A stretch of DNA of 64,000 nt from NCBI RefSeq assembly GCF_018350175.1, contig NC_058368.1, positions 64,420,001-64,484,000 on the forward strand. Reading direction: 5' to 3'. Positions 12,181 to 26,340 of this stretch are shown here, one piece after another (the first letter of the stretch is position 1; each line of letters begins with the position of its first letter). The position numbers and the translations under genes were made by a program. This DNA comes from Felis catus. Taxonomy: Eukaryota. Below the pieces are notes generated by a model that was not told where the DNA came from, made no database searches, and worked only from the letters and a program-made list of their open reading frames with translations.

Positions 12181-14844
12181 AAGAACTCATATATTTAAGG
12201 ACCCATATATTTAAATATAAACATTATTTGCAAAGTTACCTCCATTTTCTCTTTCAGTTGGTAGAGAGGGTGGTGGAGACTGACAGAGCAGTGGTATAAA
12301 CATCCAAGTTCCTTTCAGTAGATTGAAACTACCAATAAAGTAGAAATAATCTGTTGCATTTGAGCAAATGAGAGTTTGAATGTTTATGCAGTTTATTAGG
12401 GTTATTCTCTCCTTCTCTCTTTCAGAATTAGTGAATTAAATATACATATATTTTACATAAAGATAGAATCGTTTTGGAAAAGCATTAGGACTCTTAACTG
12501 TGATGTTTAGTACAATTTGAGGGTAAAGTATTTTTTCCCTCATGAGAATCTATCTCTAAAGTTAAAAGAGGAATTTACTTAGAAAAATATGAACTAAGAT
12601 GGAAATACATATTTTATGAAGGTTGCCTACCTCAATCTCCATAATGAAATACTTCTAATATCTAAAGTATGGTCCATCTGTATTATGTGCACAGATTGTC
12701 TGGCACATCAGTATGTACTTAATATATTCTCCATAAAACTTAACTTCCAGGAGCTGACATTTTTATGCTTACTCCAGTAATCATCCACTTAAGTAAAAGA
12801 AGCTACTTTCTTAATATGTTAAAAGTAGCTGGCCCTTTTTGAGCTTTACCTACCTGGTGTTGGGTATTTCCATACATTTATATGTCCCATGTACTATGCG
12901 GTGCGTTACATCAACATTGTCATCATCATTTTTTCAGTGAGAATTTTCAAAAAGTGTAAAAAATTCTTACATCATGTAAAATCCAATTTGTATTTTAGCA
13001 GCAACACTATGAGAGCTAGTGTTTTGACACTTTAAACATTATACATGTTATCCATGTTATTTATCATTGTCTTGTGTTTCTAGTCAAAATTATCATCTGT
13101 AATTCCATTTACTCATTGAATCTCCGTATATTTTTCTAAGTATCATTACCACACATTAATAAACACTTTTATTTCAAGGTAATTTACCTATTATTTTGCA
13201 ACAGAGTCTCCCATAGTTTAAATCAGGGAACAAATGAGTGCAGGATATAATTTATAAATTAGACTTAATACCACTTTCTTTTGCTTTGAATCTATAATGT
13301 TTTTCCAAGATAAGAAAGAAATGCAAAGCCACGTTAGCATATGGAGTTGCGTGTATTTTTGGGTTGAGCAATCTAAGAAAGTTATCAATTCAAATATCAT
13401 ACTTGGGGGAAAGTTAAAATCTTAAAATCTTAACCACTGTCTTAAGTAAAACATGACATAGGATTAAATAAATTTTATAAAGACCCTACTTTACTCTTTT
13501 GAAGAAAAACCTATTCTGGCAATGTATAAGATAATAACATAAAGGTGACTTTCCTAGCTGTTCAACTTTTATCTTTTAATAAGTCTATTTTATGTCATTT
13601 TTTCTTGTAATTTTTGGCTTTGGTTTGTTTATTTAAAAGGCCATGTAAATATAGTCATTCTTTTAGTACATGTTGTTGTTCCTCATAAGTGTTTTATTAA
13701 GCTAACTAATGAGTTCCAGCTTGTCTTTTGCTGGATGCCTTATTTCTTAATGACCCTTGATAAGGGAAAATACACTTTTGTCTAAAATCTCTTTCTAATC
13801 AAAACTACAACTTTCTCATCAAAACATAAGGCAAATGCCAAATCTGATTAACAACCAGAAAGACCATAGACAGAAAATTAATTAAGGCCCCCGAATGCCT
13901 GAACTTCATGGACTTGTTTTAAATATTTTGAAGCATAACATGATTTTAGAAACTAAGACCGTTTTGAAGATCTTTTTAAATGTGGATTCTTAAAATCAGT
14001 GATCCACAAAAACATCTAAACCAACATTCTTCTTGAATCCTTGACCCACTGATAATAAATCCTGGTATCTAATTAAATTTGAATGAGTTACCTTGATAGT
14101 ACATTACTGCTGGATTTTTCTTTTTTTTTTTTTTTTTGTACAGTGTAGAATGGTATTATTAGCAATCACCTTACTAAAAAAAGTCTGTGGAAGATATCTC
14201 TGGAGAAAGTTACAGCTCGCCTTTTAACAAATGAAAATGGCTTGACAGCATGCCAATGTCAAACTCTTTATAGATACATTTATCATCGGTTTAGGTGCTG
14301 TCATCTTTTTACATCAATGCATTTCTAAGTAAATTACATTTAAATGTAAGATAAGTCAAATGTAACTTTCAAATACATAAGTTGAAAAGTGCTAAGATGA
14401 AAGACTGGTATCTAAAATAGAATTATTAGACAAATCAAACTCTTGATGGCCAAAGAATATTACTCAGGAACAATTCAGGCTTCTTTATGCTTTTATAATT
14501 GCTGTCTTCAGATTAGGCTACCAGATTTCTTTATTATATTTTCTGTTGTAACTTATATGGTCGTACTTATTTTTTTATCTTTCAGACATTTAGAATCCAT
14601 TGAAAAACTCTGTGTTCTTTATTCATGTTCTTTGATAAAATTTTAGCTGCCATGATACATTCTATCAACAATCAGTAGTAAACATGGATAATAGCCAGAG
14701 TAGTCTCTGTGGTTATAGGTAATCTAATTTTTATTTTTGAATTTGATTTTTATAACCAAACAATAATTAAATGAATTTATGTGTGGGACGTATATTTATT
14801 TAATGCATGACATATCAGCTACTCTTAACAATACAAAGATAATT

Positions 14845-14950
14845 AATACATGGCCTCTGTTAAGTGAGGGAACTGAGGCACACAGAGTGTAAATAACTTG
14901 TATGAGGTCACACACATAGAAAGTGGTAGAGCTTTAGATATGACCTTAGA
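14845..14950 (-). mobile_element. MIR core
   Basis: gagggaactgaggcacacagagtgtaaataacttg...gaggtcacacac, the MIR core motif. Confidence 0.75.
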
Positions 14951-15128
14951 AGAGAGGTGAGTAACCAATTTATCAAGGGGATGATGAATGGGGTAAGAAA
15001 AGAGAAGCTCACAAGCTGTGAGCAAACACTAAATCTGACTTAAGACATAAAATAAAAATTAAAAAAAATCTTGTGGAACACCTGTAAACGATTATCACAA
15101 AGAAAAGGCAGTATGTTTATAAAGTTTT

Positions 15129-15355
15129 TAATATTTTTTTAAATTTTTTGAAGCTTATTCATTTTTGAGGGAGGGGAGAGACAGAGTGTGAGCAGGGGAA
15201 GGGCAGAGAGAGAGGGAGACACTTGTCAGAAGCAGGCTCCAGGCTCTGAGCTGTCGGCACAGAGCCCAATGTGGGCTCGAACCCATGAACTACAAGATCA
15301 TGACCTCAGCCGAAGTTGGACGCTTAAGCAACCAACTGAGCCACCCAGGCGCCCC
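15129..15355 (-). mobile_element. CanSINE (SINEC_Fc-like)
   Basis: gagccacccaggcgccc head; TSD tataaagtttt at 15118-15128 and 15356-15366. Confidence 0.95.
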
Positions 15356-16188
15356 TATAAAGTTTTAAAAGTAAAGCATGACTTTGAAATGAATCTGTAT
15401 AGAAATGAGAAGAAATTACCGAAATCCGCTCCTCTAAACCGGGTGCAAGAATACATAGAAGCCCACACATTTTGTAAATGGTTAATAGTCTCACTAGCTG
15501 GACTGTATGCCTCTGTCATTCTCTATAGACCAAATTCAATGCTGTACATATAGTAGGCATTCAATAAGTGCTTGTGAATTTATTAATTTTTCAATGAATA
15601 ATGAGATATCTTTAAGTAGAAACAAATTTCATGGGCTCAACTTCAACATACCTTTCATCTTTGAAGAAACAGAGTTTCATGCTCAATTTACATCGTGGAT
15701 AAAATGATTTGAAGACTCAATTTACTCTCTAATGAATTTCTCCACATCAGGCAAGTATTTAATATACTATCACAAGAGTTCTCCAAACATGAAACTCCTG
15801 TTTCTGGGTCTGTCAGGGGAGGGGGCAAAATACCAATAAATTGATGAATTACAGAAAGGCAGAATTTTGATCTTGTTATAGGATTCTTACTAGGAAAAGA
15901 AAGTAGTCCTAAAACCCACCCACTGCTCTGTTAATAAACTTAACATACTCTGAAGGAAGCTGTGTAATGAAGAGAAAAAGTCTATGAAATCAAATACATC
16001 AGAGCTCCAAGACCTATGTTGTTAATTACTATTTCTGGGTGTACCATAAGGTTCTTAGTAGTTTTCATATGAGGTGTATTTTTGGTAAAATAGAGCAAAA
16101 CTATTGGTTTGAACTGACTAGACAATGAAAAAATATTTAGAGGAGCTGGCACACATTAGGCATTCAATTATTTTCTAAGTTAATAAAA

Positions 16189-16224
16189 GTATATATGTGA
16201 CATATATATGTATGACACATATAT

Positions 16225-16272
<48 letters not shown>

Positions 16273-16290
16273 GATGCATATATACACATA
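16189..16290. repeat. Compound (TA)n/(CA)n microsatellite
   Basis: Direct reading. Confidence 0.95.
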
Positions 16291-18558
16291 ACTTTTTAAG
16301 CTGATATGAAGGCTGAAAATTTTTAGAAAGTCAAATGATTTCTTATGCATTATTCCTGATCTTAAGAAAATAGTTTTAAAATAAATAAATGAATCCTTTG
16401 TTTTACTAATATCTATGTTCTGTTTATAAAATGTACTCACAATTCAATTTATTTTAAAGATTATAGACGGTTATGTCAGAGTATTGGAAAACAAAAACCC
16501 ACTAGTCCATGTGATTTAAAGATATCTGGCAATTACTGATTCACTGTTTAAAAAGTAGAAATTTACCAAAAAAAATTCCATAAAAATGAATGTGTTATTA
16601 ATGAAGTCCCATTGCTGTTGTATTTTATGTACTTTAATGTTGTGATATGGTTTCCGTTCATGAGAACTAAACTGTCAACCCTTATGTATCAGAAGGTTCA
16701 ATAGTACCTGTCCTGTATAGCCTAGAGATTTCTGTACTTAATAAACTGAGTAAGTCAATGACAAAACCCTCATTCTTTTTATGCATACTTTAAATACAAT
16801 GAACACACATGAAAGCCTGTCTGCATATATGTAAGATAGATATTTAAAATTTTTTTAAATGAGGAAAATATATTGGTTATACTTGTAAACTTGGAATACT
16901 TAGTGGTATAGAATGCAGAAAGTTTCTCTTACTTGGTATCTTCAGTGCTAGATTCAAAATGATGATGGTGGTTTCCCCACACAGCGCATAAGGGTGTGGA
17001 TCATGAGATCTAAAGTACACTATTTTAGAACTACACCACATTCTAGCTTATGATTAGCTGTAAACAGGTTTGCTGTAAACCAATTTAAAACAAAACTCTG
17101 AATACCTGAATATGAATGCCTAATATCCTCCTAACAGGAGAAGAATGAACATATCTTCATTCTGGAAGAAAGGTAAAATGTTTTGCATGTCTGGTTGGCA
17201 TAATAAATGGTTGAAAGTCAAATTTAGTTAAAGAGGTGGGGGCCCTCTGGTCTTCATTGTAGATTAGTACAGACTGCAGAACGAGACCCAAATTAAGAGA
17301 TTTTAGAATAGAAATAGGCTTTTAAAATAATACCAAGAAGGTGACACCTTGTTAAAGTTTGTTGTAGTAGGATCTCTACTCAGGATTATCTGGTAAATCA
17401 AAAATAATACTGTACAACATTGTGCATTATTACTGTGTGTGTGACTTTTGATTTTCTCGTTTTTCTTTTTTTTTGTGTGTGTGTTTTTTTTTTTTTTTTT
17501 TGCTGTGGAGATTTTATAGATCTAAACATGTTATTATAAACTGCTGCATTTGAAAGGAGACAAACTTTGATCAGGAAGTTTAGAGCCACTTTTGAAATAG
17601 CTTATCTTTACCTAGGTACCCTCAAAAGACTTCATATCTCACAAAACAAATAAGAAAAACAGTATAAACTGAGGGCGCAATTATATGGTTCAATTTGCAA
17701 AAGGAGAAAGTGATGTTACAAAATATGTTGTCATATATTTGGAAGAGTCAAAGGAAGATTCCAAATGAGAGTAAATCTGACCTGGTGATTCTCAGATTTT
17801 TCAAACTCATCTGAAACATCAATTACTATTTTATGTATATGTTGCCATTCTGAGTGAGGAATGAAGTTATTAATGAGAAAAAAGAAAAACAGATGTGATA
17901 TTCTTATTAAGTACAATGCCTCTTACCAGTAAGTAGCTTACATGTCTATGATAAAAAATAATTCAGACTTGCACAAAATAAATGTGTTATCCTATATCCT
18001 TCTCTTTTCCCTCTTCCCTAAAACTTTAAGGAAGAAGCTTACATGTAAATAGTCTGGGAATGAAAACAAATTTAAAACATTCAACTCAAATGACTCATAT
18101 TTTTCTAGAAACTTCACTGTGTATGTACATTTTAATCTTTTTCTTTGATTTTGGTAGTTTTTTTTTTTAATTTTTAATATCTTGTAAGTCTCCTCGGCTT
18201 TATATTATATTTGCAATAGTGATAGAACATTTAAATGTCCATGAAAAATAGCTTTATGAACATCAATGGTTTGGAAAAAAGTATTCAGGTGGATGATAAC
18301 TTCTCTTTTTCTACTACCTTCTTGGGCCCCAGCTGATCTAATTGTTCAGATAATGATTCAGTGTGAACTCATGCCGTGAGTTCCCTGTTTAATACTTGGA
18401 TAAATCAAATAAAGCAAACATCTTTACCTAATGTAATTTAAGGAATTCTCACTTATTAATTGGACCTTTGAAAATTCATAAACATTTTCAGGACAACTTA
18501 ATGACTATTAATAATCTTAAAAATTATTATAAATGGTGGGTACCTTCATTAAAGGGAC

Positions 18559-18897
18559 TGTTTTAATCTCTTTGGGCTATGATAATATAAATTATGTGGC
18601 TTATAAATTATGAACATTTATTTCTCACATTTCTGAAGGGTGAAAGTTCAAGCTCATGGCAGTGGCAGGTTTGGTGTCTGGGGGAAGACTCCTTCCTAGA
18701 TGATGGTTTTCTAGTGTAACACTGCATGGTGGGACAAAGGAGCACTCTCAGGCCATTAGCATGGTAGTGCTAATCCCATTCAAGAGGGATCTACCTTTAT
18801 CACCTAAGCACCTCTGAAAGGCTCTACCTTGTAATACATTGGGCATGAGGTTTTAATACATGAATTTGAGAGGCACACAAACATTCAGTCCATAGCA
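18559..18897. mobile_element. ERVL-MaLR solo LTR (MLT1A/MST-like)
   Basis: tg...ca termini; atttatttctcacatttctg, aagttcaag, ggtttggtgtctgg, ctaatcccattcaagaggg, cacaaacattcagtccatagca. Confidence 0.85.
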
Positions 18898-21727
18898 GAA
18901 ATTATGTGTTCTATTTCTTCTTTAGTGCAGACACAGGCATAAAACCTATAGATTGCTTTGTGCATAGTAAGGTCTTATTAAATACTTATTTGTAAGTAAT
19001 TTGTAAGTTATTATTAAATAACTTATTAGTAAGATAAGGTAGTAAACTTACTTGTAGATTAAAGGAATGTATCAGTTACCCAAGAAAAATTGTGTGCCTC
19101 GCTACCAGAGAATGTTGCATTACTGTAGTGTCTCCATTCATTTTCTGTGGGGAGAGTAGATGTGAATTGTGTGTATAGGGGGAGGCAGGAAAGTGATCGC
19201 TGGGGCTGTTGTGCAGGCAAGACCTGAAATAATGGATAAACTGGTTCTCCTTGCCTTCTCTCCCTCACTTCTTATATTGAATTCCGAATGGTAGTGTAGC
19301 CAGTTTTTATACTTGCAGTGTTTTTGTGAAAGATGCGGTCATCTAGTAACACCCTTTTTTTGATCAACAGCTTTGTGGGCAAAGTTAATGTAAATGGTTG
19401 GCCAACTTGCAGATTCAAGGGAGGTGCTGTCCCATTGAAGATGTGATCAATCCCCATGATTCAAAGTTTCTCTTTCAGCAACACCTGAATAGGAATCTTT
19501 AGGACTTTGAAACGGTGGCATTAATTACAAGGGACCAACCTGTGCAGTGAGTTACGTTCAAATAGTTAACTAAGGCATATTTATAATGGAACGTTAACAA
19601 ATGCACATAGTAATAGTGTTTTGTACTTTTGTTTAAAGAAGTTTATGGTAAAGTATCATGTTCAAAAACTTAGAAATGACTCTCCTATAAACATAAAATT
19701 TGAACATAGGCCAGAGATTTTCTTTAATATATCGGTTACTGCGAGGATTAGTATGATGATTAAGATCAGTTCAAAACAACAACAACAAAGGAACAGAAAC
19801 ATACAGATGGGTTGGCCAACCAAAGGAATAGGGCAAAGAATGTGCTAATAGATACAAAACTGTCTTTCAAGACAATAAACATCTGGTGTTACCCTTTATC
19901 CTGGACAGAAGATACTTATCATGCTATTGAATAAAATGTCTTCATTGCTCTCATTTACTCCCTTATTTCTTTTCTGCATGCTAGTGTCAACTCCTAAGAG
20001 TTAAATATACTTAAATAGGAAGACAAAGGTACATATACCTTGGAGGTCAGGTAATTCCTCAAGAAAATTGAGCTACTACAACACGCACTACCTCTCTGGA
20101 AAGAAACCTTGCATCCTTTTGCCTGTTTCCAAATTTGAGCTCATTTTTTCCCCCATGACATTGGCTATTAGTCACACCTCCTGCCTGGGATTTCACATTT
20201 GTCCTTATAAATCTGATCTTCCACTGTCTCTATTCTCACTGGTGGTTGAAACCACTTCTGATGGGCAAGATTTATACTGTGATGGGTAAGGCCATTGCAA
20301 TTTTCCATTAGTTATTGGTCTTTTTTAATGTCATCATTTATGAGGTTGCATTATGTTACTGGAAGCAAGACACCTCTCTTGACATGGTGGGAAAATGTCT
20401 TTCAACATTTAATGAATATGTGCTATGTGCGAAGGCCATTTGTATATTATCTCACTTTATGTGTTTATTGTATATAACAACTTTACAATCAGGATTATTT
20501 AATGAATCAGAATCTTGTTTTTAAACAATTAAAAGGCAAATGAAGGGGCATGATCTTGCCAAGTGATAGGCATTTAGTAAGTGGTGGAACCAACTTGATT
20601 CCATTCTCTAAGGCTAAAATCTGGTTATTCTACTAGCGTGTTAACTGTTGGACCAAATGACATTAATTTATTCTGACTCAGTTTTCAAACATGTACTTCT
20701 ACCTTGACTGATCTTTAGGTTCTTTGTGCACTTTTTATTTTTCTGTCAGTTTTGTAAAGGACAGGTATCAGTATATAAGATCATACAGTTGTCTGCATCC
20801 AGCTATAGGGCCATGAAGGAATGTCCCTCACTAGTTGTAAATATTTCTCACTTGCCTATCTGTTGCTCTTGACTGCAGTAACCATTGTGACCTCACTTTA
20901 TGTACTATCTTCAACCTTCTCATCCTGTCTCCCCTGTCTTTACCTTGGGCTAGTCTGTTTCAGGGTTTCCTATATTCATGACATTCTGAGAATTAATGTT
21001 TATCCTGGTTCAGTGGTTTCTAGCAGTGAGAAATATTTTCCTTACAAAGTCCTGTAAATAATCATTTATGGCAGCAACCTAGACCCATTTCACTATGGCT
21101 TTTATCTTTGCCCTCTTCAAATCATTATCATTTGTTCCCAGCTGATAGCAAAGAACTACATGCCCAAGTTTAATTTACAATGTTGTTGCTTAATTCAAGT
21201 TTGCTCCAATACCATCAGAAAAGCCCAATTTCTCTTTTTAAAACACTTCCTACCCCCAAACACTCACCTCTTTTCTGTCTCCCACTGTGTATTATACATG
21301 CTTATGTTACCATTTTATATATTGGGGAAATTCTTATCTGGTTCAGGGAATAAGCATGTTTTCTTAGATATTTTGGAAGTTAAGATTTTCCTGATAATTA
21401 GCATCCAGCTTATCAAAATAAGGACCATATTGGTTGTAGGCCAGAGAACAAGATCAGGGAAAATGGTGTAACTGCCAGAGCAGAGTGAATAATCTATATG
21501 GCTTCCAATAATAAGAGCTGGTGAAGATCCAAACACAGAGTCATCTTTAACACTACCATCAGCATTATTTTTGTGAACCCCAGACATAATCATGCTCTAA
21601 TTTTGAAAGCTGTGGATGGCTCCTTGATTTCTTATAGAATAAAATCAAAACCCTTGACTGTGATACTCAGGAACCCCTCCTTTTGTCCCTAAGTCACATT
21701 TCTTGTATTATTTCCTAACCTCTCTTT

Positions 21728-21924
21728 CTTAAATGTTTATTTGTTTATTTAGAGAGAGCAAGTGAGCATGAGTGGAGAAGGGGCAGAGAGAGGGAGACAG
21801 AGGATCTGAGGTGGGCTCTGCGTTGACAGCAGAGAGCCAGATGCAGGGCTCGAACTCATGACCTATGAGATCGTGACCTGAGCTGAAACCAGACACTCAA
21901 CCGACTGAGCCACCCAGGTGCCCC
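21728..21924 (-). mobile_element. CanSINE
   Basis: ccgactgagccacccaggtgcccc head and tttattt tail. Confidence 0.95.
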
Positions 21925-24900
21925 ATCTACCCTCCCTTCCTTACTAGCAAATCCCTCAGTTCCCAAACCAGTAAGTCTTCATTCTTCCATGCCATCTACA
22001 ATGAAGTTCCCTAGGTCTGAAAGATGCTTCCATTTTGTTTTCATTGGATAAAGTCTTAGCTCAAATCCAAAGCCCAATATAGCCCCCTCTGAAGCTTTTC
22101 CTAGACAACCCTGACTCCCTGCAATGTGCTTTTTAGAGCTGTTGCTACCTTACCTCAGGGCAGAGGAGCTTCCTGTACACTCTATGGTGCTTAAGGCGCT
22201 GTGGTTCATCTGGTCGTTAACAAGTCCTCCTTGTTAAAATGAGAGCCTCTTGAGGATGGGAAAGATGTCTTTTTTCTCCTTGTACTTTTGGGACTGGCAC
22301 GTAATAGGTCCTGTTGGGTAGGCATAAGGAGGATGGCATACAAATATCAGGGGACTGTAAGATGCAGGCGTACGGCTTGGTAGGAAGTTCCCCAAAGGGA
22401 AACGACAGGTACAAATAGACCAAGACAGGGCATCTGGGTTATTAGACAGTTTGCCTATTCCTAAGAGACCAAGTAAAATGAGTAGGGATTTCGTTCCCTG
22501 GTAAGTGAGAGTATTAAGGAAGTAATGAATCAAGGTCTTTGTCCCAGAGGAACAAGCATGAACATGTTCCTGGAACTAGATGGTATGGTAAGAGTTGTTG
22601 ATTTGAAAAGAACCAGAGTCAATACTCCAGTCAGTGAGAAGGTACCAATGATCTTGCACTCCTCAAACTCCTCCCGGCCAGGAGCAGACTTGCTTAGGAT
22701 GTCTAGATTGGGTCAGGTTCATGCATACCATTCCATATCCCTGAAAAGGAAAAGAGGGGTTAATGAAGAGGCTTACCATTTTATTTCCACTTCCAAAGAG
22801 TGTCTTTGGATTCTGCATCTCTACCTATTTCCAATGCTCTGGTCCCAGCTGAGTTTCCTATTCATCATTTTGTGGTGGTGCTTCTTATTTAATCCATATT
22901 TAACTCTGTGTTTAGGGGCTTTGGATCAATGACTTGGTCTTTTTTTTTTTTTTTCTTTGATGATGCTTTTCATGTCTTCCTCCTTGAATTTACAGGCTCA
23001 AGTATCAAGCAACTCTTGATTTATACCTTACCAGTTTCGACCTATTAGAATCTGGTGCCCCAACCTATCTCAGGGCTTGAAATCCTAAATTTCTGAGAAA
23101 CTGAGGATGTAAGCATACTAGAGGGTCAAGCAGGTTATAATTATCCTTCCTCCAAAGATGCACATATAATTAGATGGCTTATCTCAGCTTCCCTTCATCA
23201 TAAGTTTCTGATTTCACTCTAAAAACAAAACTCAAGTAGTATAGAAGGGGAGTATTATTATTCCAGCTGTATTTATTCATTCATTTTAACTTGAGGAATC
23301 TTTTGTAATAAAACCGTTTGGCTTAGAAAAGACAAGAAGACCATGGCTATGGCAGTCTGTCAACCACATAAGGCAGCCACAGTCTTGTGGCTTGGTAAAC
23401 AGTCATCAGAGGAAGATAAAAAAGTGGAGATCTCTTAATGAAGGTGTATTTATCAACTAGATGAACTGCGTCCTACATACTCGTTCTGGAGCTACAAGAG
23501 GCTTTGATGTTATTAATTTCCCCTGCTCTAAAAGAGAGCCAGTTATGAGACTATTAAGTTATGGAAACGAAGTCTCCCCCACCCCTTTTTCTTCCTCACA
23601 CTTCCTTGATTCAAGCCAGCTTTTCCTAATTAGTCAGATGGGAAACTAATGGAGTTGCTGGAATGCTGATTAAGTACTTTGTAGCCCCAGAAAAACATCA
23701 CTCGTATTTGGAGATGAGAGACCCTATTTAGCAATGCAGCAGGTTGGTATACTGAGAGGGTGCAAGTTCTGGCCCTGAGAAAGTTAAACAAAATCCTCTG
23801 ATTCTTATCCCAGTTGATTCCCCTCATTGGTTAACGGAGGCTGCCAGTGGTGGAGATCTGTAATCACCTCCATGTGCCTGTTCAAGTCCGTTAACATCTG
23901 TTGGTAGAAGTATATGCTAATACCAACTCTTGGCATATCATAGAAGTGAAACAATTCCCCTCAGAGGATTGGTTCTTTATTCACTCTTTCTTTGATCCAT
24001 TCATCCTTCATGCAAGCATTTTCCTATATATTGTAATCCTGTATATGTAAATTTTTAAAAACATGTGCGTAGGCTTATTATATGAAAGTTACCCCAAAAA
24101 ATTCAAAAACATAACATTGTTTCTCTCGTCCGGTGATAGTAGAATCAGAAGTTGGGGGAAAGTTGTGAGAGTTTTTCATTTAAGCCCCCTCTAAAGTGTT
24201 TGGTTTCATTAACAACACATATATGTTGTTAATATATATAATATATAGGCTGTATATATATGTAAATATATATGTGTGTGTGTGTGTGTGTGTATAGGCA
24301 ATTAGAGATTCAACAAGTAATATATTTTCAAAAATTTAGACTTTTTTTTGTTAAATAGCCTGAGATGAATTTAAAAGGGTGGGCACAGTTTTTCCAGAGA
24401 AAAAAATGGGAGCTAGAGAGAAAATGTATGTCTCCTAGGAGCAAAGTAAAGTTGGCTATGTGTGTGTGTGCAGAACACAAAGCAGCTAATTCAGGTGTGA
24501 GGCATGGCTGGGCCTTGAGGAAAGTGTTAACTTGCTATTATAAAACTTAGTCCACAGTGACCCACAGGCCGACTGTTTGATCCCTGAGCCGTCCTGCTTC
24601 TTCCTCTCCTCCTGCTTCCAAAACCATAATCTGTCATGTTTATTTTCAAAGATCATTGATCCTAAATAAAAATAGCAGATTGTTTATTTTTTTCTTGATA
24701 GTTTAAGGTCATTTAAATTACGATAAATTTGTACTGTGTCCACCATCTTAAATTCATTTTAGGCAATTTAACAACAAAAGTCTAAATTTTTAAAAACATT
24801 ATAATAAGGTGTTACTTGTTGAATCTCTCATTGCCTGTGTATTATCCCTGCTCATTCTTCAATCAAGTCTGAATGGATAATTTCTTCAGTGATCTAGTCT

Positions 24901-25381
24901 TTCCCTCTTCCTTTTTCCCTCAATCTCTTAATGCACACAAGTACACCCTAGATTCAGTGAGGCGGAAACAAAGTAGGAATGTATTTTAAAGTACAATTAT
25001 TACAAACTGCCTCGAGTTTATCTCTTTTCAAAATGACTGAAGTCTGCGAGTTTAAGCTACTGCCTCTCATCTGGTCTCTCTTTGTCTTTGGATCCTTTGC
25101 CACATAATGAGAACCTGGTGAATGGTGAAATTTGAAGTTTCACTAAAGAGAACACTAAATTAAAAAATAGTCTTCTCAGTTTTTATACTCACGGAAATGT
25201 TAATTATAAAGCAAAATAGCAGTGGCTGAGATACCTGGTTGAAATACAAGCACAATAACAGGCTGGCTGTGTTGATGACTGACGGGATTTCAAATTGCCT
25301 CCCTCCTTCCTACCTGTCCTCCATTAGTCCAGGTGTAAATATTTATGCAGCTTGAAATAATTCACAAAAGTGGTTAACAAT

Positions 25382-25383
25382 AA

Positions 25384-25440
<57 letters not shown>
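25382..25440. repeat. (TA)n microsatellite
   Basis: About 25 or more TA units with one interruption. Confidence 0.98.
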
Positions 25441-25443
<3 letters not shown>

Positions 25444-26159
25444 TGAATGCTAGCTGAAATATACATCTCACTTGATGTCATATTGTGTGTTTGCACGACC
25501 AAACTTTTACTGACCAACAAAGTCTTATTTAGCCATTGTCTTCAGGTCTTGACCAGGCTTTTATAATTTATATTAGAGACGAGTATTTTACATGCTTATG
25601 GACACACACCCTGTAGGGGATTCTTTACTATAAATTCAATTGAATAACAAAAACAAGAAAAATTGGAATACTCAGTACAATTTTGATTAGTAACCAAAGA
25701 AGTAGTTTATGGCAAAACAAAAACAATTGGGTATATGAATTATGTAATTAGAGGCATATGTGCAAAATCATTTCATAGCACTAAAAATCTTTGAAATATT
25801 TCCTGAAAAGTCCATGGCTAACATCATCTGTCTCCTTCCCACCCACACCCCAGGCACTCCCTCACTCAGAGCTTTGTCAAATGCTTTATTTTTATAATGA
25901 CATTGAAATCCTTCAGCTTTCTTAATAACAGATTTTCAGAAGTTTTGATTGAATATATAATACTAAACTATACACTTCAGGTGAGGTGGGATGTAGTTCA
26001 ACATCACTTAAGCCTTTTAAAGAAAATCCCTTGTAATGGAGCTAGAATAAACAAGCTGGGAATATTGGTTTGATAGCTTCTGCCTTGTTTTTCTGTTCTC
26101 TGTTCTTCACCTGTAAGTGGCTTTTTGCAATGAGGGGTAAAGACGATTGACAGACGGTA

Positions 26160-26340
26160 AATAGTGTGTTAATAGCATAAGCTTTGGAGTCCTGGGGATC
26201 TGTGCCCCATTCCAGCTTCATCATTTACTACTGAAATGGCGCCAGACAATTCACTTATGTAACTGCCTCAATCCTTCATTTCCTCAATTTTAGAATGAGA
26301 ACTAGGGAAATACTTCACAGGAAAGTTGTGGCAAGTAACA
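26160..26340 (+). mobile_element. MIR SINE
   Basis: agcataagctttggagtc...ccagcttcatcatttacta...cttcatttcctcaattttagaatgag. Confidence 0.6.

Noticed and set aside
16959..17110. Box C-like atgatga with a small ccacac/gtgtgg hairpin (possible snoRNA)
   Set aside because: No suitably placed box D with a terminal stem.
22525..22932. 135-aa ORF
   Set aside because: No recognisable domain, and it begins in L2-like sequence.
23031..23091. Minus-strand exon-like segment with a good gtaagg donor
   Set aside because: Stops in all three frames and a weak pyrimidine tract.
24208..24233. 10-bp AT-rich hairpin; similar ones at about 19005-19026, 46823-46836 and 62025-62053
   Set aside because: Within chance expectation for AT-rich DNA of this length.
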